IMG/VR virus record: IMGVR_UViG_3300005512_000154
Location: 1 to 34,513 of that record
DNA length: 34,513 nucleotides
DNA from: a virus
Taxonomy: Duplodnaviria; Caudoviricetes
Reading direction: 5' to 3' (one strand)
Under the pieces are notes generated by a model that saw only the letters and a program-made list of their open reading frames with translations, was not told the DNA's origin and did not search any database. Within the stretch, counting starts at the first letter, position 1. Each line of letters opens with the position of its first letter. Positions 16,425-24,642 of this stretch are shown piece by piece. The position numbers and the translations under genes were made by a program.

Positions 16425-19400
16425 ATGGCTGTCGACTCGTTTGAATGTGTGGACGCCGCTTCATGTCGACGGAACGACCTCAACTACGAAACAGGCACTT
16501 ACGTCCGCTACAACGAACACGTTGATGCCGCCCGGATCGTTCCAGGGTTCCGGTTTCTGGTCGACAGTGACATCGACTCGGCAAACATTACCGACGTTTC
16601 GTTGGATCTCACGGTTGCACTGTGGGGGGAGTGGAGTTTCAACGGTACGGCGAAGGTGGAGGACACGGAAGCAACGGCTGCATGGGCGAACAACTCCACG
16701 AACCGCCCATATGTCCGGTTTGACAACGCCACCGGGGCTACCGCCACCGACATCTCCGGCACCTGGCCGGCCACGAACAGTTCCATATCAATCACGCTTG
16801 AAGCCCAAGATGTCGTCGACGTTATCGACGGCAACGGTGACCATTCGACCACTGGCACCTACATCGGAGTCATTCTCGAACCTGATGTTGCGGCCTACAA
16901 CGAGATTCGGATTCATTCGGATACCGCGTCGACGGCCGCCTATCGTCCGCAGCTCACGGTAACAACGTCAACATCACTGAATGGGAGTGCGTCACCGTCG
17001 CCGGCGACAGTTACCACGGCGACACCAGATCCGAACACGTCGCCGGTCACGGTGTTTCCCGATGCGGCGTCGGTTGATCTGGATGTTCCGTATTCGGGTC
17101 CGCCGACGATGGCGACCCCGGATGCTGCCACGGCTTCGGTTTCCGTTCCCCGCCCGTCGATTTCGACCACGGGTGGGTTCTCTGCCATGTCGGGTGTGGC
17201 CGGTGCTAGTTACACCGCCTACTGGCCGACCGCCGAACACGCCGTGGTGGACATGCCCGTGGCCCATTGGGTGCATGGCGGTTCGTTCACATCCGGTACC
17301 CGTGCCCTGTCGGATGGCAACGAGAACGCAACCCCTGAGTCGTGGACAGCACACCTGCGATCCGAAGGGTTTCTGGTCGTCACATCCGACTACCAGGAGT
17401 CGACTGTCACCCTGAACGGCTTCGATTATCTGTGCAACGGGCCGACACATCCGGTGGCGATCAAGACGGTCAAGACGCACATCCTCGAGGTGCAGTCCGA
17501 CCTCGGCGTCACACCCAACTTCTACTTCCTTGCCGCTCATTCGGCGGGCACACAGATCGCCCTGATGGCGGCGTTGACCATCGGCGACACCGACGACTAC
17601 GTCGGCTACCAGAATAACAACTTCTACAGTCTCGCCGGCACCACCGAAGGCCGTGACGGCTGGTACGGCGGGGCGTTCTCCGCCTACGCCCAAACATACG
17701 ACTACAACTACCTGACCTGGAATGACGGCGTTGGGACCAGTCCTGACAAGGCGTTGACGACGGGCGACGACGCAAACCCCGTCCGTGGCGTGTTCTGCTA
17801 TGCGCCGGTCTGGAACCTATCGGACGCTCAGGATGAGGGTGCCGATCAGCGTCGGGTGTTGCGGAACTACTTCGGGCAGACGGTCACGGCACCGGGTGAG
17901 GGCCAGGCAGCCGTCGTTGCCCTCAACTTCGAGGGTGACCCGGACGACTATGTCGCTCCGGTGTCCGGATCGGTGCACCACGACGTTCGTGGCACCACCA
18001 AACGGCTGCCGACAACTGTCGGCTATGGCGGATTCGCGCTGGCATTCGCCGCCGCCTACTCGAGTTCGGATACAACCATCCCGCCCGACTACGGCGTCAC
18101 CGGAATGGTCAGCCGGTTCAACACCGAAGGCATCGGCGTTGATGCTTCGGTCAACACGATGTCATCCGCCGGCGAAGCCGTGCTGGATGCGGCCGACGTG
18201 ACACTTTCGGGATTGACCCGCATCGAGTTGCCGTCCGGTACGGCGCACGAAGATGTCACGTTCGATTCGGCACCCGAGGATTTCGTCACTTGGGCCAACG
18301 AGATCGGTCCGCTCAACGCCGAGATCGATTATCCCGGCGAAACTCTGGCCGTACTGACGGTTCCGACGCCGACGATCAGCATTTCGGCGAACGTGACACC
18401 GGATGCGGTCACAGTGGATGTGGTCGCCCCGTCCGACACGTTGGGTGGCCTGTCTGGTGACGCCACCCCGGACGCCGCGACGGTCACGTTCACGGTCGGT
18501 GATTCGGGTGGCTCCGCTTCGGCGGAGCTTGCAGAACCAGACGCGGTCCCGGTCACGTTCACTGTACCGGCCGCTGGCGCCAGCGCCGATGGTGCAGTCA
18601 CCGTTGATGTCATCGCTGCGGATGTGACCGTTCCGGCCCTGACGGTCACCGTTGACTCGAACGTTACTGCTGATGCGGCGTCGGTTGATCTGGTCATGCC
18701 TTCGGTGTCCACTGCCGTCGGTGTTGCGCCTGACCCGGTGACGGTCACCGTTGCGGTCCCTGATGCTACGGCCGGCGTATCGGACGCTGCCGACGGCGAG
18801 GCGGGGACGGTCACCGTCACGGTCCCGGATGCCACGGCGGTTGGCACGTTCGGCGCGCAACCGGATGCGGCGACGGTTTCCACGACCGTTCCGACGGCGA
18901 CAGCTTCACCCGGCGGTGGTGCTGTTCCAGACTCGGCGACGTTCACTGTCACAGTTCCGGCCGTCACGGTCACCGACCAGCACAACGTCACACCTGACGC
19001 GGTTGCGGTCACGGTCACCGCATCGGATGCCACCGTCACTCACACCGGTAGTGTCAGCCCAAACGCTGTCACGCTGGCGGCAACGGTGCCGACACCCGAC
19101 ATCGGTATCGGTGCGAGTGTTACTGCTGGCGTCGAGGTTGTCGTGTTCGTATCGCCGGCGGTCACCGCCCAGGCGACCGGTTCGGCGCCCGGTGAAGCGG
19201 CAACGGTGTCGCTTGGTGTGCCGGCTCCGACGGTCAGTGTCGGCGAAACGGTCACACCGGATGCGGCGACGGTCACGGTCACCGCCCCGGCGGCCGCAGG
19301 TGATGGTGGCGCTGGTGTTTCGGTGTCACCGGCCACGGTCACGGTTACCGCTCCGGATGCGGCGGCGTTGCGGGTCGATGCGGACGGTGAAGCTGCCACG

Positions 19401-19607
19401 TTGGCGCTCGAGGTGCCGGCTCCGTCGATCAGCACCACAGCCGAGGTCATCGTTGCTGCGATCGTTTGGTCGGTGTTGGCGGGTTCACCGACTGTGTCGA
19501 CGGGTGCCACCACCCTGCGGGTTCGTGGGTCTCGGCGCCGGTCGGATTTCTCGGTGGCCCATCGACGGCCAGATTTCACGCAAGGTAACAGGAGACAGTC
19601 GACATGA
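16425..19607 (+). CDS. Large fibre-like protein: N-terminal beta domain, ~22-aa repeats, embedded alpha/beta-hydrolase
   Basis: N-domain ending YRPQLTVT (DNRLRE/CBM96-like); HGGSF and AHSAG hydrolase motifs; about 20 PDAATVTVTVP-type repeats. Confidence 0.8.
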   Translation: MAVDSFECVDAASCRRNDLNYETGTYVRYNEHVDAARIVPGFRFLVDSDIDSANITDVSLDLTVALWGEWSFNGTAKVEDTEATAAWANNSTNRPYVRFDNATGATATDISGTWPATNSSISITLEAQDVVDVIDGNGDHSTTGTYIGVILEPDVAAYNEIRIHSDTASTAAYRPQLTVTTSTSLNGSASPSPATVTTATPDPNTSPVTVFPDAASVDLDVPYSGPPTMATPDAATASVSVPRPSISTTGGFSAMSGVAGASYTAYWPTAEHAVVDMPVAHWVHGGSFTSGTRALSDGNENATPESWTAHLRSEGFLVVTSDYQESTVTLNGFDYLCNGPTHPVAIKTVKTHILEVQSDLGVTPNFYFLAAHSAGTQIALMAALTIGDTDDYVGYQNNNFYSLAGTTEGRDGWYGGAFSAYAQTYDYNYLTWNDGVGTSPDKALTTGDDANPVRGVFCYAPVWNLSDAQDEGADQRRVLRNYFGQTVTAPGEGQAAVVALNFEGDPDDYVAPVSGSVHHDVRGTTKRLPTTVGYGGFALAFAAAYSSSDTTIPPDYGVTGMVSRFNTEGIGVDASVNTMSSAGEAVLDAADVTLSGLTRIELPSGTAHEDVTFDSAPEDFVTWANEIGPLNAEIDYPGETLAVLTVPTPTISISANVTPDAVTVDVVAPSDTLGGLSGDATPDAATVTFTVGDSGGSASAELAEPDAVPVTFTVPAAGASADGAVTVDVIAADVTVPALTVTVDSNVTADAASVDLVMPSVSTAVGVAPDPVTVTVAVPDATAGVSDAADGEAGTVTVTVPDATAVGTFGAQPDAATVSTTVPTATASPGGGAVPDSATFTVTVPAVTVTDQHNVTPDAVAVTVTASDATVTHTGSVSPNAVTLAATVPTPDIGIGASVTAGVEVVVFVSPAVTAQATGSAPGEAATVSLGVPAPTVSVGETVTPDAATVTVTAPAAAGDGGAGVSVSPATVTVTAPDAAALRVDADGEAATLALEVPAPSISTTAEVIVAAIVWSVLAGSPTVSTGATTLRVRGSRRRSDFSVAHRRPDFTQGNRRQST
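17061..18693 (+). repeat. Identical 22-nt direct repeat pair flanking the hydrolase domain
   Basis: GATGCGGCGTCGGTTGATCTGG at 17061-17082 and 18672-18693, 1611 nt (537 codons) apart. Confidence 0.85.
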
Positions 19608-19927
19608 ATCGGATTACTCTCATGGCCGGCGAAATCCCCGAACCGATCGAGCACACCTTTCTTGACGCCGACGGTGACGCCATCGACTTGTCGGGCTACT
19701 CGGCGTCGGCCACATGGGAACATCGCGGGACGGGTGGTACCGGTTCGTTGACCTGCACCAGTGGTGACTCGTCGGGCACGATCGCAGCAACCGTTACGGC
19801 CGCTGCGGTTGCGACCGCCGGAGTTGTGGATGTGGTGGTGTGGGCGGGCAACGGTGTCAACCGCTTTGCTTCGCCGATTTGGCGGCTGCTGATCGCTGAC
19901 CCACCGTCGACGGCACCGGCGATCTGA
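19604..19927 (+). CDS. Small beta-sandwich (BppU N-terminal-like) structural protein
   Basis: AGGAG RBS, ATGA overlap; FLDADGDAIDLSGYSA motif. Confidence 0.6.
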   Translation: MNRITLMAGEIPEPIEHTFLDADGDAIDLSGYSASATWEHRGTGGTGSLTCTSGDSSGTIAATVTAAAVATAGVVDVVVWAGNGVNRFASPIWRLLIADPPSTAPAI

Positions 19928-19934
19928 TTATCCG

Positions 19935-20264
19935 ATGTACGCCGCTGCGGTCGTCGACTTCGAGATCGGGCTGTGGTGGGTGGCGATCACCTCGACGGCT
20001 GCCGCCGTTGCGGCCACCATCGGCGGACTCTACGGGATGCGAGCGCACCGCTGGCCCCGCATCTTCCTTGCCGGCGCCACCTGGTTCATCGCCTTTTCGT
20101 ACTGGACCGACATCTTCGCCGGCCCCGGCGTCGGCGCAGAGATGCGTCGCGGTGGCGGGTTCCTGCTGTGGCCGTCGCTGTTCGCCACGGCGATGACCGG
20201 CGTGCTCTACGCCCGCAAGACTGTGAGGGCGCAACAGGCCGCCGACGACATCGAGCGCGGCTGA
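19935..20264 (+). CDS. Membrane protein (about 3 TM helices)
   Basis: Hydrophobic segments; TGATG coupling to the next gene. Confidence 0.65.
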   Translation: MYAAAVVDFEIGLWWVAITSTAAAVAATIGGLYGMRAHRWPRIFLAGATWFIAFSYWTDIFAGPGVGAEMRRGGGFLLWPSLFATAMTGVLYARKTVRAQQAADDIERG

Positions 20265-20521
20265 TGGACTCGATCCCGCCGGCAGCGTGGGCGGCGGTCG
20301 CTGCCCTGGTGTCGGGCGTGGTGGGTGTCCTGTCGGGCCGTGGAACGAACAAGGCCGACGCCGCGTCGCAGTTGACCGGCGCCGCCGTGCAGATCATCAA
20401 CGAGTTGCAGGAGGAGTTGGCGCAGGTGCGGTTACGGCTCGAGGCCATCGAGGCCGAGGTCGTCGACTGTGAGCGCCGCTACGACGAACTCAAGGCACAG
20501 TTCGACAGTCGGGAGGATTGA
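20264..20521 (+). CDS. Membrane-anchored coiled-coil protein (lysis accessory-like)
   Basis: N-terminal TM helix followed by a heptad coiled coil; TGATG at both ends. Confidence 0.7.
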   Translation: MDSIPPAAWAAVAALVSGVVGVLSGRGTNKADAASQLTGAAVQIINELQEELAQVRLRLEAIEAEVVDCERRYDELKAQFDSRED

Positions 20522-20775
20522 TGGACCCGTTCGAGGCGCTGGAAGTGACCCAGCCGAACCAGAAGCTCGACAAGCTCACCAAGGCGCTCGCCTCGATGGG
20601 TGATGTCGAGGCACAGGAGTGGCTGGACATCGTCGACGGCAAGATCGTGGACGCCGCCGGCAACCCGTACTCGGCGAACCACATCGAGCGGGCACTCAAG
20701 CACTGCGGCTACGACGTGTCGGTGTCGTCGATCAAGAACCGCCGCAACAGTGTCCGGGGCGGCGAAACCCGCTGA
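20521..20775 (+). CDS. Small HTH-like protein upstream of the metallophosphoesterase
   Basis: GGAGG RBS; SANHIERALKHCGYDVSVSSIKNRR helix-turn-helix-like segment. Confidence 0.65.
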   Translation: MDPFEALEVTQPNQKLDKLTKALASMGDVEAQEWLDIVDGKIVDAAGNPYSANHIERALKHCGYDVSVSSIKNRRNSVRGGETR

Positions 20776-21968
20776 TGGACCCCCGCCACGACCTCGAAGC
20801 ACTCGGGGCGCTGGCAGCCACCGAGACACCGCAGACGCCCGCCAGGGGCACGCCGGCGACCACCGGGGCATGGCAACCCGGCTACACGCTGGAAGGTGAC
20901 ACGGGCGAACTGACTACGACTGGTGAGCCCGGCGACGGGACGCCCGACTGGGACCACATCTTCGCCCAATGGAACCTAGACCCGAACGACTGGATGGTGA
21001 TCGACGGAACACTCCGGGTGAATGCCTGGGAGGGTCCGAGCCAGGATGGCCCGCGGGTATTCCGCCAATACAAGGCGGCGATCAAGCGACGTGTGGCTGC
21101 CCACGGTGTGCCGATAGACCAGACACTAGAGAGGCTCTGCGTCGACTGGCCGGCACCCAGCGAACCCGTCGACGGGTCGGGCGCATTCGTGGTGTGCGCC
21201 GCTGACTGGCAGGTTGGTGGCCACGGCGGAGCAGAAGCGTTCGTCGACCGGTTCCACGACTCACTTGCAGCTGTCGAGGCTCGAGCTCGTTGGGCGGTCG
21301 AGCAGGGCTGGGTGCACCAGCTTGTTGTCTGTTTCATGGGTGATCAGGTCGAAGGTGTCTCCGGCCAGTACGACAGCCAACGGTTCGAGGTGTGCCTTGA
21401 CCTACGCGAACAGATCCGGCTGGTGCGTCACGCCGAGGCGAAACTCCTCAGCACCCTCGCACCCCTGTTCGTGGAGACTCGGGCGGTTGCGATACCGGGT
21501 AATCACGGCAGACGTACACGCAAGGTCGAAACCTCTTTCGAGGACAACTCAGACCTGGCGGCCTTCGAGGTGGTCGCCGAACTGCTGACGGCCAGCGGTG
21601 AAGCCGAACGGCATTCCATCGAGTTCGTGATGCCAGACGAGAAGCTGGTGGCATTGGTGGACGCCGCCGGCACCTTGATCCTGTTCGCCCACGGCGACCA
21701 GGCCCGCAACCCGAACGCCCTCGAGGAGTGGTGGCGCAAGTGCGGGTTCACGAAATGGGGCGACAGCGACTGTGCGCACATTGCGGCGTTCGGACACTTC
21801 CACCACTTGCGGGTAGAGGAAGTGGCGAAGGACCGGACACTGATGGTTGCGCCTACGCTCGGCGGTGACTCCCGCTGGTTTCACGAACTCGGTGGCGGCA
21901 CCTCGAACCCCGGAACGTTGACATTCGTTACGGCCGATGGCCGCTGGGATCACCTGAAGGTGTGCTGA
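20775..21968 (+). CDS. Calcineurin-like metallophosphoesterase (Mre11-like)
   Basis: ADWQVG, GDQVEG, GNHG, AHGD and GHFHH metal-binding motifs. Confidence 0.9.
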   Translation: MDPRHDLEALGALAATETPQTPARGTPATTGAWQPGYTLEGDTGELTTTGEPGDGTPDWDHIFAQWNLDPNDWMVIDGTLRVNAWEGPSQDGPRVFRQYKAAIKRRVAAHGVPIDQTLERLCVDWPAPSEPVDGSGAFVVCAADWQVGGHGGAEAFVDRFHDSLAAVEARARWAVEQGWVHQLVVCFMGDQVEGVSGQYDSQRFEVCLDLREQIRLVRHAEAKLLSTLAPLFVETRAVAIPGNHGRRTRKVETSFEDNSDLAAFEVVAELLTASGEAERHSIEFVMPDEKLVALVDAAGTLILFAHGDQARNPNALEEWWRKCGFTKWGDSDCAHIAAFGHFHHLRVEEVAKDRTLMVAPTLGGDSRWFHELGGGTSNPGTLTFVTADGRWDHLKVC

Positions 21969-21971
21969 GAC

Positions 21972-22382
21972 GTGACCGACTGGCGAGGGCTGGAACGGAT
22001 CGCAGACAGAGCCGCCCGGCGATTCCCGTCGCTCTGGCGCGATGACATCCGCCAGGAGGCACTGCTCGCAGCGTGGCAGCACGAGGACAACCTGGCGCTC
22101 GCCGCGGTGGCCGCGAGGCGACGGGCGATTGACCACGCCCGCCACTTGGGTGGCCGTCACCTTGGCCGACAACGGCGGGTGCTCGTCGAGTTCGACGCCG
22201 CCAGACACAGTGCGACAGTCGCCGAGTACGAACCGCTTGAGCTGCCGTGGGTGGACGAGCGTCACCGTTACATCGGTCGCCGGCTGGCGGTCGGTGACCA
22301 CAAGGACGAGATTGCAGCCGATCTGGGTGTGAGCCCGAGTCGGGTATCGCAACTGATAGCGGAGATGCGGGAGGCGTGCTGA
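21972..22382 (+). CDS. Minimal sigma70-like factor (region 2 plus region 4 HTH)
   Basis: DDIRQEALLAAW...RRRAIDHAR (region 2-like) and EIAADLGVSPSRVSQL (region 4 HTH). Confidence 0.72.
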   Translation: MTDWRGLERIADRAARRFPSLWRDDIRQEALLAAWQHEDNLALAAVAARRRAIDHARHLGGRHLGRQRRVLVEFDAARHSATVAEYEPLELPWVDERHRYIGRRLAVGDHKDEIAADLGVSPSRVSQLIAEMREAC

Positions 22383-22591
22383 TGGTGTTCATTATTGCCT
22401 GGACCGTCATCCTGCTGGCCGTGCTGGCCCTGGAGCTGTACGGCGTGTTTCGGCCGGGCAAGAACGACACGATCACCGAAACCTTCCGCTACTGGCGGGA
22501 CCGGATGCCGACGCCGGTGCGTTACGTGTTCATGTTTCTGGTCACGGGCCTGCTGATGTGGACGATCCTGCACTTCTTCGATCTCGTGTGA
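22376..22591 (+). CDS. Small two-TM membrane protein
   Basis: GGAG/GGAGG RBS; two hydrophobic helices with a DTITE loop. Confidence 0.7.
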   Translation: MLMVFIIAWTVILLAVLALELYGVFRPGKNDTITETFRYWRDRMPTPVRYVFMFLVTGLLMWTILHFFDLV

Positions 22592-22782
22592 TGGGGGACG
22601 TGTTGCGGTCACGGATGATGGACCACGCCGTCCGGTCGATCCGCTCCCGGCTCAGCTCCGGCTCCAAGCCCCACGTTCACGAGTTCGTCGAGGACGCCGA
22701 CTGCCCGTGCGGCCGCTCCTTCGACTGGGTGCTCGAGCATCGACCCGTCGACCCGTTCGTACTGGAGTTGATACCCGAATGA
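22591..22782 (+). CDS. Hypothetical protein (HxH...CxCG motif)
   Basis: TGATG and ATGA overlaps on both sides. Confidence 0.55.
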   Translation: MGDVLRSRMMDHAVRSIRSRLSSGSKPHVHEFVEDADCPCGRSFDWVLEHRPVDPFVLELIPE

Positions 22783-23603
22783 GTTTCGCTGAACACACAC
22801 TGTGGCAATACCTGTTCCCACCGGCCCGAGACAGCTACCGGCTGCCGGAATCCGACCTACCCGCCGACCGGTATCTGGAACGTCCGATGCCTCGCGAGTT
22901 GCGGGACGGCCAGTGGGTCGACCATCCAATCGCCGAGGATGTGATCGCCCTGCCTCGCATGATGAACCGGCGGGCATCGGAAGCGGCCGGCCGACCGGCT
23001 CAGATCGGGCATCCGACCCGGCGGATCACCTGGACGATCACTCCCAGCTACGGCCCGTCGTACACGGTGTCGGCCCCGGCTCCGGCACAAGGTACCTACT
23101 GGGTCGAACGGGCACCACGTCCACTGTTCGCCAAGGTCCGCTACGACAACCATGTGATTGTCACCGACCCGAACGGCGGCTGGTGGGAGCTAATCGGTGT
23201 GTCGAACTGGGGTGCGTGGCGGGCATCCGGTCTTGCCCAGTACGATCGGCACGGTGAACTTGTCAGGGGCCGGCCGGTGATCGCTGCGAAACGGTCGCTG
23301 TTGCCGATGCTGTGGAACCGCCACGACCTGCCGCACCTGTGCACTGTGTCGGTGCGTGGCACCGACCATGACGCCAACTTCCGTCAGTATCTCGGCAAGT
23401 GGCTGGTGCTCGACGCCGGCCGAGTGCCACGGCCCGACACCGATGACGGTGGGCGGCTGTGGGATGCACTGACAACCTTCGGAGCCATCTACGGCGACCA
23501 CGGCGGCCGAACGAACCTGTCGTCGGTGAGTGGCAGCCAGTGGGGTGGTGTCGACTGGGGTGGCCTCGAGTTCCGGCTTTCCGACTTCCTCGAGGCGTCC
23601 TGA
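22779..23603 (+). CDS. Hypothetical protein, Trp/Gly-rich, possibly enzymatic
   Basis: GGAG RBS, ATGA overlap; DNHVIVTD...WEL and ALTTFGAIYGDHGG conserved-looking motifs. Confidence 0.7.
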   Translation: MSFAEHTLWQYLFPPARDSYRLPESDLPADRYLERPMPRELRDGQWVDHPIAEDVIALPRMMNRRASEAAGRPAQIGHPTRRITWTITPSYGPSYTVSAPAPAQGTYWVERAPRPLFAKVRYDNHVIVTDPNGGWWELIGVSNWGAWRASGLAQYDRHGELVRGRPVIAAKRSLLPMLWNRHDLPHLCTVSVRGTDHDANFRQYLGKWLVLDAGRVPRPDTDDGGRLWDALTTFGAIYGDHGGRTNLSSVSGSQWGGVDWGGLEFRLSDFLEAS

Positions 23604-23640
23604 CAACTGACCAAGCTCGCGCCGCCTCCTCCCCGGCGCT

Positions 23641-23692
23641 GACCCCCGCTCCCGACGGCACCGCCCGGCCGTCGGTGGAGCGGGGGTCTTTC
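23641..23692. terminator. Intrinsic terminator between the convergent late and lysogeny operons
   Basis: GACCCCCGCTCC / GGAGCGGGGGTC outer stem plus CCGACGGC / GCCGTCGG inner stem, followed by TTTC. Confidence 0.8.
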
Positions 23693-23700
23693 GCGTCTGG

Positions 23701-23856
23701 TCAGAAGTTGGCCGTGCCGGCTGAATCCAGCGCAGCACCGTAGAACACGGCCGCAGCGATCACGACGGCAGCGATCACCCATAGCGTTGCCCGGATCGAG
23801 CGAAGCAGGGCCACAACCTCGGCGTGCTGGCTTTGCTCTTGTGTTGTTGACTCCAT
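23701..23856 (-). CDS. Small single-TM protein downstream of the integrase
   Basis: AAGGGG RBS; MESTTQEQSQHAEVVALLRSIRATLWVIAAVVIAAAVFYGAALDSAGTANF. Confidence 0.65.
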   Translation of the reverse strand: MESTTQEQSQHAEVVALLRSIRATLWVIAAVVIAAAVFYGAALDSAGTANF

Positions 23857-23867
23857 GTTTGTCCCCT

Positions 23868-24623
23868 TCAGGCCGCGTCGAACTGACTGCGGACGTACAA
23901 AGTAGTGGTCGCCAGGTTCGAGTGGCGCAGCAGTCGCATCGTGTCCACCGCCGAGGCGCCGCCGGCCATCAGCCGGGTGCCGAACGTGCGGCGCAGGGAG
24001 TGGCAGCCGTGGCCGTGGATGCCGGCGTGGCGCATGGCCGTCTTGACCCGCATGGCGAGGGCGTCCGGTGACCACGGGGCCAGCCGTCCCGATTCGGGCA
24101 TCAGTGCCGCAACCGAGCCAGCGACGGGCACCCGGTCTACGGCGCCACCCTTGCCGTGGACGACCATCCAACCGGCTGACACATCCTCGGCGCGTGCCCG
24201 TGACACCTCGGCGCGTCGCAGGCCCATGTCAAGCATCAGCAGCACGGGCAGCTCCAGCTCCACGCCTGCGACCTGGGAGCGCAGCCGCTGCTCCTCGTCG
24301 ATGGTGAGCACCTTCGGGACGTGGCGCGGCACGCTGGGCCGTCGCACCTGCTCGAGCACGTTCGTGGCCTCGTAGCCCATCGCCCGGCACCAGGACAGGA
24401 ACCCGCCGACGGCGACGTGATAGGAGCGCCGGGTTGCGGGTGACAGCCCCTCGGTGCAGGCCCACCACCCCAGCACGTCGCGTGGCGTGATGTCCTGCGG
24501 CGCCCGGTCGCCGACCGACTCCACGAATAGCCCCAGGATGCAGCGCCGCTGCTTGGCCGACGTGGGAGCATAGCTGCGCGCCGTGATCCAGAGTTCCACC
24601 AGTTCCGTGATCGTTCCCGCCAT
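23868..24623 (-). CDS. int: Tyrosine integrase lacking an arm-binding N-terminal domain, with C-terminal AA tag
   Basis: GLRRAEV (R), GKGG (K), HSLRR (HxxR), LRHSNLATTTLY (H, Y); about 251 aa from ATG 24623; ends QFDAA. Confidence 0.92.
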   Translation of the reverse strand: MAGTITELVELWITARSYAPTSAKQRRCILGLFVESVGDRAPQDITPRDVLGWWACTEGLSPATRRSYHVAVGGFLSWCRAMGYEATNVLEQVRRPSVPRHVPKVLTIDEEQRLRSQVAGVELELPVLLMLDMGLRRAEVSRARAEDVSAGWMVVHGKGGAVDRVPVAGSVAALMPESGRLAPWSPDALAMRVKTAMRHAGIHGHGCHSLRRTFGTRLMAGGASAVDTMRLLRHSNLATTTLYVRSQFDAA

Positions 24624-24642
24624 GCGGTTGAGGGTAAGAACG

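Noticed and set aside
12755-19607. Diversity-generating retroelement or invertible tail-fibre switch
   Set aside because: No reverse transcriptase, no adenine-variable template/variable repeat pair, no invertase or inverted cassette found
256-23600. Numerous long minus-strand and alternate-frame ORFs (e.g. 315-1424, 1930-2982, 4469-5443, 12719-13774)
   Set aside because: Shadow ORFs expected in high-GC DNA; they overlap well-supported plus-strand genes and show no motifs or RBS
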